Assembly (NCBI GenBank): GCA_951406725.2
Contig: OX597833.1
Span: 48,112,001 to 48,176,000 of the forward strand
Direction of reading: 5' to 3'
Length of the DNA: 64,000 nucleotides
From: Octopus vulgaris
Lineage: Eukaryota
The notes beneath the pieces were generated by a model. It did not search any database, had not been told where the DNA came from, and saw only the letters and a list, made by a program, of their open reading frames with translations. This document shows positions 25,570 to 39,944 of this stretch, piece after piece. Numbering within the stretch: the first letter of the stretch is position 1; each line of letters begins with the position of its first letter. The translations under genes and the position numbers were made by a program.

Positions 25570-25932
25570 ATGTATAATCGTATTCGACTCATTTTTAGCT
25601 CACAATACCAGATAATATTCCTCTGTATTTTAATGAATGCCAGGCAAATATATTGCAATGATTATCAAGCGAATGAATTTGTTTCACGTACGGACACCAA
25701 GGAGGAGCAACATAATAGTACCCCAAGTAAACAACTTTCCTTGACAAAACATATAAAATATGATGTTTCACAAACTAGAGACCCGTATGATTATGAAATA
25801 ATTAAAAAACCGGGCGAAATCCCGACGACTTATGTTCATAACAATGCTACTTTCGGCAAAGAATATAACGAAACTGTTAATCAAAACAAACAGCTCGAAT
25901 TTATTTACACATACGAGGAATCAGAAAACGAG
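25570..25932 (+). CDS. SIDT: SID-1 transmembrane family member (SIDT1/2-like), coding exon 1
   Basis: ATG 25570; MYNRIRLIFSSQYQIIFLCILMNARQIYC (signal-peptide-like), sequons NST/NAT/NET; ...NATFGKEYNETVNQNKQLEFIYTYEESENE|gttggt resembles the SIDT N-terminal A.F...Y...VN.....IY.F. Phase 0 fits exon 46398. Confidence 0.82.
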
Positions 25933-27308
25933 GTTGGTATATTATTTGTGGGTATGTTAGCCTTATTTATTCAACATTCTATTTTCAGGCATCGTGTTTT
26001 CATCTATTTTAATTTCCTAGAAGAACAACAGATCGTTTACAGCGCAGCAAGTCACTATACATTGCGGTGTTTAGTCACGGATCTTCACATCCCGAGTTCA
26101 AATCTCTCTGTAGTCAATGATCCCCGTCATTCTTCCGGGGGTCGCTAAAAAAAAAAAAAAATGAAGTATCAGCCAAATACTGAGGACCAGTTCCACATCT
26201 CTATAATGTGAATGCAATATTAATCGAAATAAAAAAAGGTGATCATTTATTTGTGATCATCTTTAATATTTGCCCCTTCTGACTTCCGTAATCAATCATG
26301 TGATTGAGAAGAATCTATATTTTCTTTCACTTTTATTTCCAATTCATTACAACACAACATGAATATTAATTAAATATATGCATTATTAATTTCTTTCTTT
26401 CTTACATGACACATTTTGGTACTACTGTACAACACAAGGTTGGCTGCGGCTGGGTTTTATTTTTAGCCAAAAAAAAGATTTTCTTAACATAAGACTGTGG
26501 TATACCAAAGGGTGTACGACCAAGAACCCTACTGAAACCCCTGTCTTTATATCGTCATGTAACGAACGAAAAACATTCGGTAATGAAAGAATATCAATAG
26601 GACCCATGTTATACAGCAGTGTCCATATTTTAAATCAATCTTGTCTACATCAGTATTCCAACATCGGTCACAAAGAACTTTTATTTGAGCTTGTTTTAAG
26701 TTTAAAATTAAACTCTTAAATGTTTCGTTTGAATGACTCATAGACCTTAAGAACCAACATGTCTAAAGTAAAGAAAGTTTTTTTCCCTCCCCGATTGAAT
26801 AATATCGCTCTTGTAAGACTCGCAGACCTTTCTATTATAATTGCATACGTATTAATTACTTTCGTTTCTGAGTGCTTCCGTACTTTATTGTGATCCAATA
26901 ACATAACCTTAATTTTTTTATTTTTAAATCATGCTTTCGAATTTCATACCGATGATAAACAATATCTATCATAAAAAAAACTCCATTGAATTTCTATAAG
27001 AACCTTAATAGCATTTCTAGAACCGTATATTTGGTCTCTCTGTGGAGAGACGATATTGACGCAGAAATAACGCCATGCAATTGGTATTGTAGTGAGATAT
27101 ACATGAGACATCAGGACTTTCAGGAGTCATCAGCTGTCAGTGGTAGGCGATCATGGAGTATAACGTCCCATTTTCACCTTTGCAAACTTTAGTTGGTGAC
27201 TGTTTGTTTGATGATCGTGAAAGAAAAAATATATATATATTGATAAAACGGTAAGATAACAAAAGAAAGAAAGAGACCTCAATATTATGTAAATAGAGGA
27301 AATTTATC

Positions 27309-27520
27309 TATACAATAATATGTTACATTACTCGGTAGTCAAGATAAAACTCTGAGTTTCAGATGCCGAAGTGGAAATCCACAACACCATCTCATCGGTT
27401 ATCTGGCTATTTCTGGAAATAGCCAGATAACCGATGAGATGGTGTTGTGGATTTCCACTTCGGCATCTGAAACTCAGAGTTTTATCTTGACTACCGAGTA
27501 ATGTAACATATTATTGTATA
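27309..27520. repeat. Perfect 105-bp-arm palindrome (2-nt spacer)
   Basis: Arms 27309-27413 and 27416-27520 read as exact reverse complements around 'tg'. Confidence 0.9.
27426..27486 (+). ncRNA. Degenerate hammerhead ribozyme motif (mirror copy on minus strand 27343-27403)
   Basis: gataa CCGATGA gatg...catc t GAA ACTC a GAGT T ttatc. Stem I gataa/ttatc, near-palindromic stem III; U4C core change and imperfect stem II closure. Confidence 0.5.
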
Positions 27521-27599
27521 TATATATATATATATATATATGATTTTGATTTTGATTTTTCCAGTTTCAGCTAATGAGCTGTGGCCATGCTGGGGCACC

Positions 27600-27681
<82 letters not shown>

Positions 27682-27712
27682 CTTACTTAGAAAGGGATGC
27701 GTGCGTTCCGTC

Positions 27713-27986
27713 ATATAATATATTAATAAATAAAACATATGCATATATATATACATATATGTACGTACCTACCTCTACATGTATATATACACACGCATTA
27801 ATGAGTACAGGACACCAAAAAAACGTCGAACACAATGGTTTGTGTCTATGTTTTCGTTTCTCATTGTGTTCGACGTTTTTTTGGTGTCCTGTATTCATAT
27901 ATGCGTGTATATATACATGTAGAGGTAGGTACGTACTTATATGTATATATATATATGCATATGTTTTATTTATTAATATATTATAT
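27713..27986. repeat. Foldback repeat (about 125-bp arms, 24-bp spacer); same family as 36960-37235
   Basis: tacaggacaccaaaaaaacgtcgaacacaatg ... cattgtgttcgacgttttttggtgtcctgta, with flanking inverted TA-rich arms. Confidence 0.8.
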
Positions 27987-28941
27987 ATATATGCACGCAT
28001 TATAATTATCGTTATGTGTGTGTGTTGTGTTGCGACCAGGTTGTTTTTCATAGCGACATAAATGAATCATTCTCGCAATTTACTCATAAAAAGTCCTTTC
28101 TACTATAGGCGCAAGGTCTGAAAATTTGGGATAGGGAGCTAGTCGATTACATTAACCCCAGTGCTCAACTGGTACTTATTTTACTGACCCCCGCAAAGAC
28201 AGACAAAATTAACTCATAAAAACAGTAATTGAATAGCAGCTGCCTCAATCTGGTTGTTCAATTTCCTAGAAATAGCAGGCTAGGTTTTTCTATAACTGTA
28301 CTCTCTTATCTGAAGCAGCTGAAGTGAATTTGATGAACAAATAAAGAAAGCCCTTAAAAAATCTGGTTCTATCAACCCCTGCTCGTCGTAACAATAGCAA
28401 AAATGCACGTCAAAATCGCGCACACAAGTTACACATCCAGACACGTTGAAAATTGCATTAGAAAAAATCCCGTACGGCTGGGGACCCCATCGTAGTCTGC
28501 GTGTAGATTTTGCATTGATTATGTATTACGTACGAAATAATTAAATTATATATTATACACTTCATTCTGTGTTGTCTATGCGTGTGTTTCCCCGATTCGT
28601 GGAGAAATTGTCTTGCTTGATTGAATTAGGTCAGTTGTGCAACAAAAAGGAACCGTTGCCCTACTGTAAGCAGGCTGGCTGCTGTATGGTGTTAACGAAA
28701 ATATTTTGTTCGCAGTCACCAAGAATTTGACACGGACCGAAGTTGGAGAAAGTGAAAGTGGCTTGTTTTTTTTTTACAAAAAACAAAGGCCGTTCAGTGC
28801 TAAATACTGTGATATCATCAGTCAGTATACGCCAGATATCACATTGTGGAAGTTACTTCCTTCGCTGGATTAGAAATTATTGGAAAATGAAGTTGGATGA
28901 ATCATCACTGTTCAAACTAAAGGGTTAAAAGAACGAAAGTG

Positions 28942-29358
28942 GGTTCTTTTCGGTTTGACCGGCAGTTTTTAAAAATAATTTCCACGTAACTAAACATTTT
29001 AAAACTTCGTATACTGGTAGAATGTGTTTATAAAACATCTTTTTCTCTTGGATTTATTGAGAAAATTCTATAGTTTGTAAGATATTTGTAGTTTTTTTTC
29101 TTCAATTTCTGCAATTTCAACCAATCAATGACGTCTATTGAGGTGAAAACATTCTGCGCCGTATGAATTTGTCCCTCGTTTAAGAAACAGATTAGGTTTA
29201 TTTACATTTGCGAAGAAAAAAAGATACCCTTTCCCCCACCCCTAACCGTAACCCTAAAACAGATTGAAATGCAATAGATCGATACTAGGGTCATAATTAT
29301 GGGTGACAATTTCATATGACACCGCTAGAAAAAACTGCCGTTCAAACCGAAAAGATCC
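28942..29358. mobile_element. MITE with GG termini and 8-bp TSD (Merlin-like)
   Basis: TIR gg(a/t)tcttttcggtttga.cggcagtttt; TSD cgaaagtg at 28934-28941 and 29359-29366. Confidence 0.75.
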
Positions 29359-29520
29359 CGAAAGTGTTGTAAAATGGAATAATCAATGAAAGGGATCTTT
29401 TTCTGTTTGATGCACAGTAACGATTTAATTGAAACTTTCTATATAGACGTAGTTTCATGCTACTTACGAAAATAACTACTCTTTTTTTTCTTTTTGAGAA
29501 ATCAATAACGAAAAAGTTAC

Positions 29521-29803
29521 GGATCTTTTCGGTTTGAACGGCAGTTTTTTCTAGCGGTGTCATATGAAATTGTCACCCATAATTATAACCCTAGTATCGA
29601 TCTATTGCATTTCAATCTGTTTTAGGGTTAGTTAGGATTAGGGTTGGGGGAAAGGTATTTTTTTTCTTCAGAAATGTAAATAAACCCAATCTGTTTCTTA
29701 AACGAGGGACATATTCATACAGCACAGAATGTTTTCACCTCAATAGACGTCATTGATTGGTTGAAATTGCTGAAATTGAAGAAAAAAAACAACAAATATC
29801 TTA
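29521..29803. mobile_element. Truncated inverted second copy of the Merlin-like MITE
   Basis: Reverse complement of about 29077-29358; begins with the same TIR ggatcttttcggtttgaacggcag. Confidence 0.8.
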
Positions 29804-32199
29804 TTTTTTTCCTGTAATTTTTGTCAGTCAGTGCTATCTTTTCTCAATATTACTGAAATCTACAATTTTGTTATGACTGTTTGTTTCCATAGTAACTAAT
29901 GTAAACCATCATGCAGTTAGGGTTTGCAGTGTACCCTTGCGTAACTAGAGGTGGGGGCGAGCAGGCGATTCGCTCTGGGTGCACTTTTGTAGGGACAACA
30001 CTTTTGGGTCTGCTGTATAACTTTGTATCGGTGTACGGCCCGGGGTGGGACGATGGAGCGACAAACTCAAAAGCTGCTCCGCACAACACACACTGTTTTC
30101 TTTCATTAAATATCTTCATATTTTATGTTTTTTAACGGTTTTATTGGATGGGGTGAGGTGCAAAATTAGTAACAGGGGCAAAATGAGTAACCTCTGATGA
30201 GTAACTCCTTTTCTCCCTACCTGTTTGAAATCACTACATTGCAATTATTGCCCCATCATTTTGTATTGCTTATATTTAGGAAAAAAAAAAAGGTCAGCAT
30301 AGCTGTTGTTGAAGTTGTGTGAGTCCAAAACATAGTCAGGTCGAAGGTCCTCTTTTTTTTGAAGAAATTTTTCCTCAACTTTGATCCGATTGTAATTGAG
30401 GTTGCAAGTAAAATATCTGGATAATTTTTGGTGTTTAACAATCAAAAAGTATCCCAGAAACAGCTGTAAGACTTCTCTCTCTCTCTCTCTGTTATACAGC
30501 AGACCCAAAAGCGTTGTTCTTATAAAAGTTTACCCAGAGCTAAATAAATATTTCAATTACCTGAAGATTGACTGTAACCATAACTCGAATTATTACGAAT
30601 TGGACAGCCATGAAACGATCGTAGTGTTTTACTCATTATCTTTTATTAAACTTTTAATACTTTTGATATATATTTAAAATAATATAAATTAATTAATTTT
30701 ATGTATTGGCTTAAGTTTTTCATTGTTTGATTTGCCTAATAGTGGTTTTATCTCTAATTTAATATAATATTATATATATATGTTATATATATTTGTATGC
30801 CTAGATCTGAATATATTTCCTCAAAGTACAGTATGTTTGCTCACGCATATACATACATAAACACAACACAGATGTATACACCATATTTATTTGTAATGTA
30901 GCTGCGATTATAGGAATGCTTATATGTATGTATATATGTGTATATATATATATGTATATATGTATGTATATAAATGTATATATATCACATATGTATATAT
31001 ATCACTTATATATTTGTAATGTAGCTGCGATTATAGGAATGCTTATATGTATGTATATATATATGTATGTATATATATATATGCATATGTATATATATGT
31101 ATGTATATATGTAAAAATATATATATGTATATATATGTATATATGTAAAAATATATATATGTATAAATGTATGTATATATGTATGTATATGTGTATATAT
31201 ATGTATATATATCACATACAGACATAGGCATGTAAAGCATATTAGTTACTCTATTAAAATTTTCTTTAATGTGCCAATGTTTAGTATTGATAAGATAAGG
31301 CTATTTCAACATTACATGAGATAAAATTATACGATTAACAAATATTTGCTTCCATACAATAGCTTTTGATCTTCACTTCTAAGTATTATTATTATTTTTT
31401 TTTTCTGCTTTCTATTACGTACTTACATACTGTAAATGAGAAAAAATGATCACTGAAAAGTCTATAAAATGAAGAAGAACCTGTACAAACTTTAAACAAA
31501 TACTAATTTTTATAGAAGGTCATAGCTTGTATGCTTATTTTTCTTCTCATTTCCGTGTTGCCAATAATTTGCTGTTTTAAGTAGATCATAATGGGGGAAA
31601 TTCAGACTTGGGGAATCTAGAAGTCCATCAGTTCATTGTCACCATGTGATATGCAAGTATGTCTGTACATGAAGATATTGCTCGCAGTACTTTCCTGAGT
31701 CTGAGAAAGATGGTTCTGCAATCTCTTGCTGAACAATCTGCTCAGATTATTTGTTTACCTCGATCAAATGTTTGTGCGGTACATGAGCTATCTCTATCTC
31801 TCCTAACTGACATTGCTTGTACAGACGCATGAACAACCACATATTCGATATCGAAGTGATTGTAGAACGACGAGATGAAATCTTTTGCTCAAGAACATAA
31901 CACACTGCCTGGTCCGTGAATTGAAACCATGATCTTGCGATCATGTGGATGTACACATGTTACAAGTATACATGTATGTTTAAAGTATGGCCGTTTGCCA
32001 GCCCCGTCTGGCACGTAAGAAGCACCCACTACACTCACGGAGTGGTTGGCGTTAGGAAGGGCATCCAGCCGTAGAAACATTGCCAGATCAGACTGGGCCT
32101 GGTGCAGCCTTCTGGCCTCCCAGACCCCAGTTGAACCGTCCAACCCATGCTAGCATGGAAAGCGGACGCTAAATGATGATGATGATGATGATGATATAT

Positions 32200-32530
32200 A
32201 TAGGAGCACTCCATCGGTTACGACGATGAGGGTCCCAGCTGATACAATCAACGGAACAGCTTGCTCGTGAAATTAACGTGTAAGTGGCTGAGCACTCCAC
32301 AAACACGTGTACCCTCCCTTAACGTAGTTCTCAGGATGATTCAGCATGACACAGAATGTGACAAGGCTGGCCCTTTGAACTGCAGGTACTACTCATTTTT
32401 GCCAGCTGAGTGGGCTGGAGCAACATGAAATAAAGTGTCTTGCTCAAGGACACAACGCGTCACCGGGAATTGAACTCATGACCTTATGATCGTGAGCCAA
32501 ATGTTCTAACCACTAAGCCACATGCCTTCA
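32200..32530 (-). mobile_element. tRNA-derived SINE family E (copies 56920-57180 +, 51357-52110 + split, related 55780-56040 -)
   Basis: Head ggcttagtggttagaac..ggctcacgatc..aaggtc.tgagttcaattccc followed by ccttgagcaagacacttt (CORE-like). Confidence 0.75.
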
Positions 32531-33937
32531 CTTTCAAAAAGCTACAAACTCCTCCCTATGTTTCACTTTTAGGTTTTTGGAAAGTGGGGAAGTTTCTGTA
32601 GAAATAATGTCATTAACCTGTTGTTTCTAGCATGTCAGGTTTTCTGGTGGTGGTCAAGTTTTTTTTTATGTCTGCTATTTCAGTACAATTCTGTGCATGT
32701 GTGAAAATATCAGATGAAAGTGAAACATTGGGAGGCTTTAACTTTTTGCCAGGTCCGCTGACTGGCTCCTGTACTGGTGGCACATAAAAAGCACCATCTC
32801 TCTCTCTCTCTGCCTACATATATGTGTGTGTGTTTGTGTTTGTCCTTGTCCCCACACCACTGCTTGACAACCATTGTTGGTTTGTTTATATACCTATAAC
32901 TTAGTGATATAACTTAGAGACTGATAGCGTAAGTACCAGACTTGAGAAAAAAAACCGGTTTTTGAGTCAGTTTGTTTGACTAAAATCCTTGAAGATGGTG
33001 CCCCAGTATGACCGCAGTCCAATGATTGAAGCAAGCGATAGGTAATTAACAAACAATGAAAAGACCAAATCCTGCAATCTTATCTACAATTGCTTTATAA
33101 GTCTTAGCTTTTAAGTAAAAAAATCCTATTTTCTGTGTAGAAAGTATATTCTAGATCAGGAGTCTGGAAAATTTTCTATCTGAAAATCTAAATTTTAGGG
33201 TAAAAAAATTAAATCGAAGGAAATGGAGACATTTGGACATACATAATTCATCATAAGCAAAAGTACATTTTTAGTATTATTCAGTGCAATATCTTGTTTT
33301 GAATCTTATCTAAAATTACCTCAGTATCTTGGTCATAGGTTTATCAAAAAGTCCTGACTTATGAACTTTGATGTTCATAAGAAAATTTGAAGCAATTTTA
33401 CATAAGTCTTTTGAATCAACTAATTTGTGCAAATTTTTTTATTGCCTTTACATATGAATTTAATTAAATCAAAGTATTGCACAAAATTGTTTTGAGTAAT
33501 TGATAAAAAAAAAAAAGAAAAAATTGTTCAAATAGATTGATTCAAAAATCAATATAAAACTGAGCTACAAATTTTTGATGTTCTTATAATTATTTAAAAT
33601 TGAATTCCAGACATCACATTTAGATTTCTATTCATTTATGATTTTCTCTAGTTTGGACTGCTGATGATAGTTTTTCATAGCCTGATATATGTCCGGGTGA
33701 TAAGTCATGAATTTTACTTATTAAAATAAAAATCACATCCTATGAAAAACAACTATGAAGCAATTACAGATAAGATTACAGGATTTGATCTTTTCATTTT
33801 TTATCATTCATCTTTCACTTGTTTCACTGATTGGACAACGACCATGCTTGAAGGGTTTAGTCAAACAGATCGACACCAGGACTTATTTTTAAACCTGCAC
33901 CTATCATTATCTGAAAAATCTATTAGTATATATATCA

Positions 33938-33972
<35 letters not shown>

Positions 33973-34307
33973 CACCATCATCATTTAATGTCCGCTTTCC
34001 ATGCTAGCATGGGTTGGACATATGACTGAGGGCTGGCGAACCAGATGGCTGCACCAGGCTTCAATCTTGATCTGGCAGAGTTTCTACAGTTGGATGCCCT
34101 TCCTAACGCCAACCACTCCGAGAGTGTAGTGGATGCTTTTACGTGCCAGTCGGGCGGCACTGGCAACGACCTTGCTCGAATCTTTTACACAAGCCACCAG
34201 TACAGGTGCCAGTAAGGCGATGCTGGTAACGATCACGCTCGAATGGTGTCTTTTACGTGCCACCGGCATGGAGGCCAGATAGCCAATCAATATATGTATC
34301 AGTAGAT

Positions 34308-34500
34308 ATCTATTATATAAAATCCGTTCTGTCTGTCTCTGTGTGTGTCTTCTAGGATCTCGGGCATCCTCTGTCCAATTGCGCTCAAATTTGATATGTA
34401 GATACTGACGGTATTAGGGCATGTATAAGTCTTGAAAAAATTACAAAAATCGATTCCAGGTGAGAATGCGATCGATAAAGCCGTGGGAATGTGCATTTGT
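34308..34500 (+). mobile_element. Helitron/Helentron-like non-autonomous 5' fragment
   Basis: Begins tctattatataaaatccgttctgtctgtc followed by ccaattgcgctcaaatttgatatg, a typical 5' layout; no 3' hairpin identified. Confidence 0.4.
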
Positions 34501-37500
34501 ATGCACAAGTACATCAGTCGAAATCTGTCTCAAATGCTGGTGTCTCAAATTTAGGTTAAATCAGTGTTTCTCAAAGGGGAGGCCTATGGGACGGTCAGAC
34601 AAGTTGTTTTGAGAAAATTTGGTTTAAATGTTTGACAACTCAGCACCGTCCATTGGACGGGGAGGCATTTTGCTCACATATATATATATATATCAGTATA
34701 TATATACAGTATCTGATGGCATATAAAGCACATTTTTTTTCAAATAAAATTGTGTCACAAACTCTCCCTGGGTCCCATATGCAATTTTGGGCCTGTATTA
34801 CACACTAAAAAATTTTTTTCCCCTGAATATTTACTGCTGAAATTGGAGTTTGACTAAAGTGCCTATGCATCTTTTGTGCCATCAAAATATGTTATTTTAA
34901 AGATTTTGATACCATTTGCCTTCTATTTGTTTGAGTCGTCTTATACTACAGCAATGCTTGAACATTTCCTTGGCCAGTTTAGTTGGAAAAATCGGCTCAG
35001 AACTTATCTTAATTTCTAAGTCTTGTACTTAATCTATCGGTCTCTTATTGCTGTACTGCTAAGTTACAGGCATGTAAATATATTTCATCTTTTACTTGTT
35101 TCAGTGGTCATGCTGGGGCACTGTCTTGAAGAATTTGTAGTCAAATGAATCGATCCCAGTTCTTATATTTTTAAAGACTGATACTTATTCTATCAGTCTC
35201 TTTTCTCAAACTGCTAAGTTATGGGGACATAAACACAGTAACACTGGTTGTCAAACTGTGGGAGTAGGACAAACACAAAGCCACATGCATACACACTAGC
35301 GCCTTTCAAACACACTTTCTGTCTACCAAATTTGCTCACAAGATTAGGTGACTCAAGGATATTGTCGGAGACACTTGCCACATGGTTGCAAAGCAAACTT
35401 CTTAATCACACAGGCATGCCCACTATTAATTTGTCTTATCAGTCATGTTGTCTCTTTTGATTTTGAGGCCAGACTGACTAATCTTGGGAATAAAAACTGG
35501 ATTTATTTCTCATATATTTCAGTGTCAAAAGAGGTGACATAGGGGTCACTAAAGCTGGTTTTTCTTTTTGAAAATCTCTGATACAATAACTTTATGGATA
35601 TTATTGCTTTGTTTTTTTAAAGTTTCTAAACTAAAAAAAACCCAAAAAAAACCCCAAAAAAACTAAAAACAAAACTTACTCTTCACTCTTTTACATGTTT
35701 CAGTCATTTGACTGTGGCCATGCTGGAGCACTGTCTGTAGTTGAGCAAATCGACCCCAGGACTTAGTCTTTGTAAGTCTAGTACTTATTCCATCAGTCAC
35801 TTTTTGCCGAACCGCTAAGTTACAGGGACGTAAACACACCAGCATTGGTTGTCAAGCGAAGTTGGGGGGACAAACACAGACACAGAAGCATATACACACA
35901 CATACACACATATGTATATACATATATACGATGGGCTTCTTTCAGTTTCCATCTACCAAATCCACTCACAAGGCTTTGGTCGGCCCAAGGCTATTGTAGA
36001 AGACACCTGCCCAAGGTGCCACGCAGTGGGACTGAACCCGGAACCATATGGTTCGTAAGCAAGCTACTTACCACACAGCCACTTACCATTTTCCACAAAC
36101 AACTGTTAAAATTGTGTTTAAATGTTAAAATCTTTTCTAACAACTGAAGAGGCATATTTCCTTTTTCCTAGAAGCATTTTGCTAAGTAGCTTAAGTGATT
36201 TGTCAGGTCCATTATGAAACATTATGAAGTTTCCGGCCAATGAAGGCTTTCCAATTCAGGATACTTTTTAACATTATTACAAAGAGTTTCCTGGAATTGT
36301 TGATCTAATCTATGCAATCTTCTATCTTTTATCTTTTACTTGTTTTAATCATTAGACTGTGGCCATGCTGGGGCATCGTCTTTTGAGGAATTTTAGTCGA
36401 GTGAATCTTGACCCCAGTTATTTTTTCTTTCTAAGCCTGATGCTTATTTCTGTCAGTTGCTTTTGATGAACTACTATGTTATGGGGACTTAAACACACCT
36501 ACACCAGTTGTCAAGCAGTGGTGGAGGACAAACACAGAGAAAAAGGCACACACACACATGCATGCACAGGCACACACACATATATGACAAACTTTTTTCA
36601 CTCTCAGTCTACCAAATCCACTTACAAGGCTTTAGTTGGCCAGAGGCTATAGTAGAAGACACTTACCCAAAGTGCTACACAGTGAGACTGAACCCAGAAC
36701 CATGTGGTTTGGAAGCAAACATCTTACCACACAGCCATTCCTGCACCTATGAGCTACTACTGTGCCTATGCACTATTCATGTGCCAATAGCCATTCTTGC
36801 AAGTTGTAAAATTTTCCCAAACACTAGACATTATTCTTCTTCTTCTTAATCCTTTTTGCCCCTTGTGGAGCATAAGGCCGGATTCCTTGGCGTATACGTT
36901 CCCCATCTGGACGGAAACTGAAAGAAGCCTGTTGTATATATGTATATGACTGTTTCAACAAAGTCGTGTCTTGCCCTTACCTTCGAAACACAGAGTAGTC
37001 AAAGTAGGGGCAGCTGAAGAAGGGAAATATTCTTTGTGTTGTATGTCTTGTACTCTGTTTTTTCGTTGTTTGAAAAAAGTCCGTTTTCATGCTTTTGTTT
37101 TTATGTTTTCGTTTCTCATTGTGTTCTACGTATTTTTGGTGTCCTGTACCCATATATGCATATATATATACATATAGATGTAGGTATGTACATATATGTA
37201 TGTATATAGGCATATGTTTTATTTATTATTTTGTTATTATATATATATATATGTATGTGTGTATATATGTTTGTGTGTCTATGTTTGTCCTCCCAACATT
37301 GCTTGACAACCAATGCTGGTGTGTTTACGTCCCCGTAACTTGGCAGTTCGGCAAAAGATACCAATAGAATAGGTACTAGGCTTACAAAAAATAAGTCCTT
37401 GTGTCGATTTGGTCGACTAAAGGTGGTGCTCCAGCATGGCCACAGTCAAATGACTGAAACAAGTAAAAGAGTAAAGAGTAAGAGTATCTATTCACATTGC

Positions 37501-38206
37501 TTTGACTTAATCATGCATTATCTGGTAGCTTTGAGATTTCAATGATATGATCATTTATTTTTAGAATGACATTGTAAGGTAGGTGTGAGAGGCTGGATCT
37601 GGCCAGTTTGAATAGAATAATAGGTAGAATATTTAGGCTGGATACAGCAAGTTTAAAAGCTAAAGGATTTATAAATTTCCTAAAAATCTTGATTTCATTT
37701 TTGTTTTCTTTTTTCTTCTCTCGGACTTTTATGTTGTGCTCTTCCCCTGCTGGATTCTTTCCAGCACGAGAGGAGAAATATTTATTTATGAGATGTTTTA
37801 GGTTGCACATCTTTTATTCATCCTTCTCTGCTCATTTAGGCAAGTCATGGGGCTTGAGTCCTCAGGCACCTTCTCCATAGGGTCCTATCAGAAGCAACTG
37901 TCATTACTCTTTTGGACTTGATTCCTGAACCTGACCTATTGAGACCATGGATATTACTCTGTCACCTCATTCATGGTCTGCCCCAAGGTCACCTGCTGGT
38001 TGCCCATCTTATATCTGGCAAATGTTTTACAGCATATTATATATAAGCTCAGGCGTGGATGTGTGGTAAGAAGTTTACTTCCAAACCACTTGGTTCCAGG
38101 TTCAGTCCCACTGTGTGGCACCTTGGGCAAGTATCTTCTACTATAGCTTTGGGCCAACCAAAGCCTTGTGAGTGGATTCAGTAGAGGGAAGCTGAAAGAC
38201 TCCTGT

Positions 38207-38269
<63 letters not shown>

Positions 38270-38274
38270 ATATG

Positions 38275-38314
<40 letters not shown>

Positions 38315-38744
38315 TCCACCACTTGACAATGTTGGTGTGTTGACATCCCTGTAACTTAGTGGTTCAGCAAAAGAAACTGATAGAATAAGTACCAGGCTTA
38401 AAAAAAATAAGCGCTGGGGGTCGATCTATTCCACTGAAATTCTTCAAGGGGATGCCCCAGTATGGCTATCATCTAATGACTGAAACAAGTGATAGAACAG
38501 AATAATAAAATATTAAACAATGGTAATCAAATGATTCTTCAATGAAAGCTGACATCTCCATTCGAAGCTCTGATGAATTCCTCTTTCCAGCACTAATTTA
38601 TCTTTTTATCTCTTTTTTTTGGGGGGATCTGATATAAAAAAAAAACTCCCTTACTATGATAAATCCATCAATACAAAATTCTTACAGGTATTTTACTCAT
38701 AACATTTTGCTAAATAATGGTGACAGATAGGGTAACAAGAAAAG

Positions 38745-39190
38745 CTCAAATGAAGCTATGCTGCATCCTTTGTGTCCGATGGCATCACTTTGTTTCCAAC
38801 AATTCGGTGCGACATCAGTGCAGAATCACCTCCCTCCGACAAGTCATCCTAACGAGACGTCTGCGTTGGCTGGGTCATGCCCTCCGTCATCAACCAGGAG
38901 AATTCATCTACGAAGCAATTGCCCCAGCTCCCTTTCAGGGTTGGCGAAAGTGATGTGGTGGACAACGAAAAACCTGGCTGATGACAGTCAAGGCTGATCT
39001 GGAACCCAACCTAGGCCCCCATAACTACGGCGTTCGCCGCTGGAATAAGGAGTGGTTGGAGATCACGCGGTCGTTAGCCTTAAATCGCCAGGCCTGGTCG
39101 GCGTTTGTGAGAGATGCAGCATTGAGGATGAATGAAGCCAGCTCAACCCACCCCGGGTGAATGCTGTAAGAAGAAGAAGAAGAAGAAGAA
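38745..39190 (+). mobile_element. RTE-like LINE 3' fragment, (AAG)n tail
   Basis: ILCVRWHHFVSNNSVR...RRLRWLGHALR; ends gtaagaagaagaag. Confidence 0.8.
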
Positions 39191-39944
39191 TAAACCCTAA
39201 ATTACGGAACAGATTGTCTGAAAACAAATTAATTTATTATAATTACCTTATCCCAGCTCATGTACCAGATGGGCACAGCATATTTGAATTTAAAAAAAAG
39301 GAAAGAATAAGGGCTGTAACTAGGGATTTGTATCTGATCAGCATATATTTAGGATTGAGTTTCATGTTCTAAGAATTAATATTTTATTGTAATTTAATCC
39401 TATAATCTTTATCATTTTTAATCTCTATCTTATGTAATACATCTCAGCCCATTATGATAAAATTTCTATCCCTTAATCTCTATCTATTAAAATGGTTTTT
39501 TTTTTAAACAACAATTTTTATTAATATGCATGAATTTCTTTTGTTTTTGGTTCATATCTTGGAGTAGGAAATTACTCAAGTAAAAAGAAAGAAGTGAAAA
39601 TGAAATAAACCTAGGACCAAAGCCTGGTGCTTATTCTATTGGTCCCTTTTACTGAGCCACTAAGTTACAGGGATGTAAACACACCAACACTGGTTGTCAA
39701 GTGGTGGTGGACACACACACGTGCACGCATGCGCACACACACACACACACATTGTGGTGCACCTGAGCACTGTATACAATAATTTCATTATTATTATTAT
39801 GAAACCAAACAAAACAAGTTCACTTACAAAAAAAAAAAAAAGAAGCTAAATGGAAGGAAAACAAGTAATGCAAGTACTTACAGCTGATGAAACTGAACTG
39901 AAAACAAAATGGATCCATGCTTGGTTTTTTTATTACTAACTAGC

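Noticed and set aside
25933-26148. C-terminal part of the 205-aa ORF 25531-26148
   Set aside because: Read-through into intron 1; SIDT similarity resumes only at 46398 via the phase-0 donor at 25933.
30888-31058. Direct duplicate of about 50 bp within a TA-rich tract
   Set aside because: Ordinary microsatellite-associated slippage.
36995-37030. cgaaac...gtc...ctgaagaagg as a permuted hammerhead
   Set aside because: Stems I and III do not pair convincingly.
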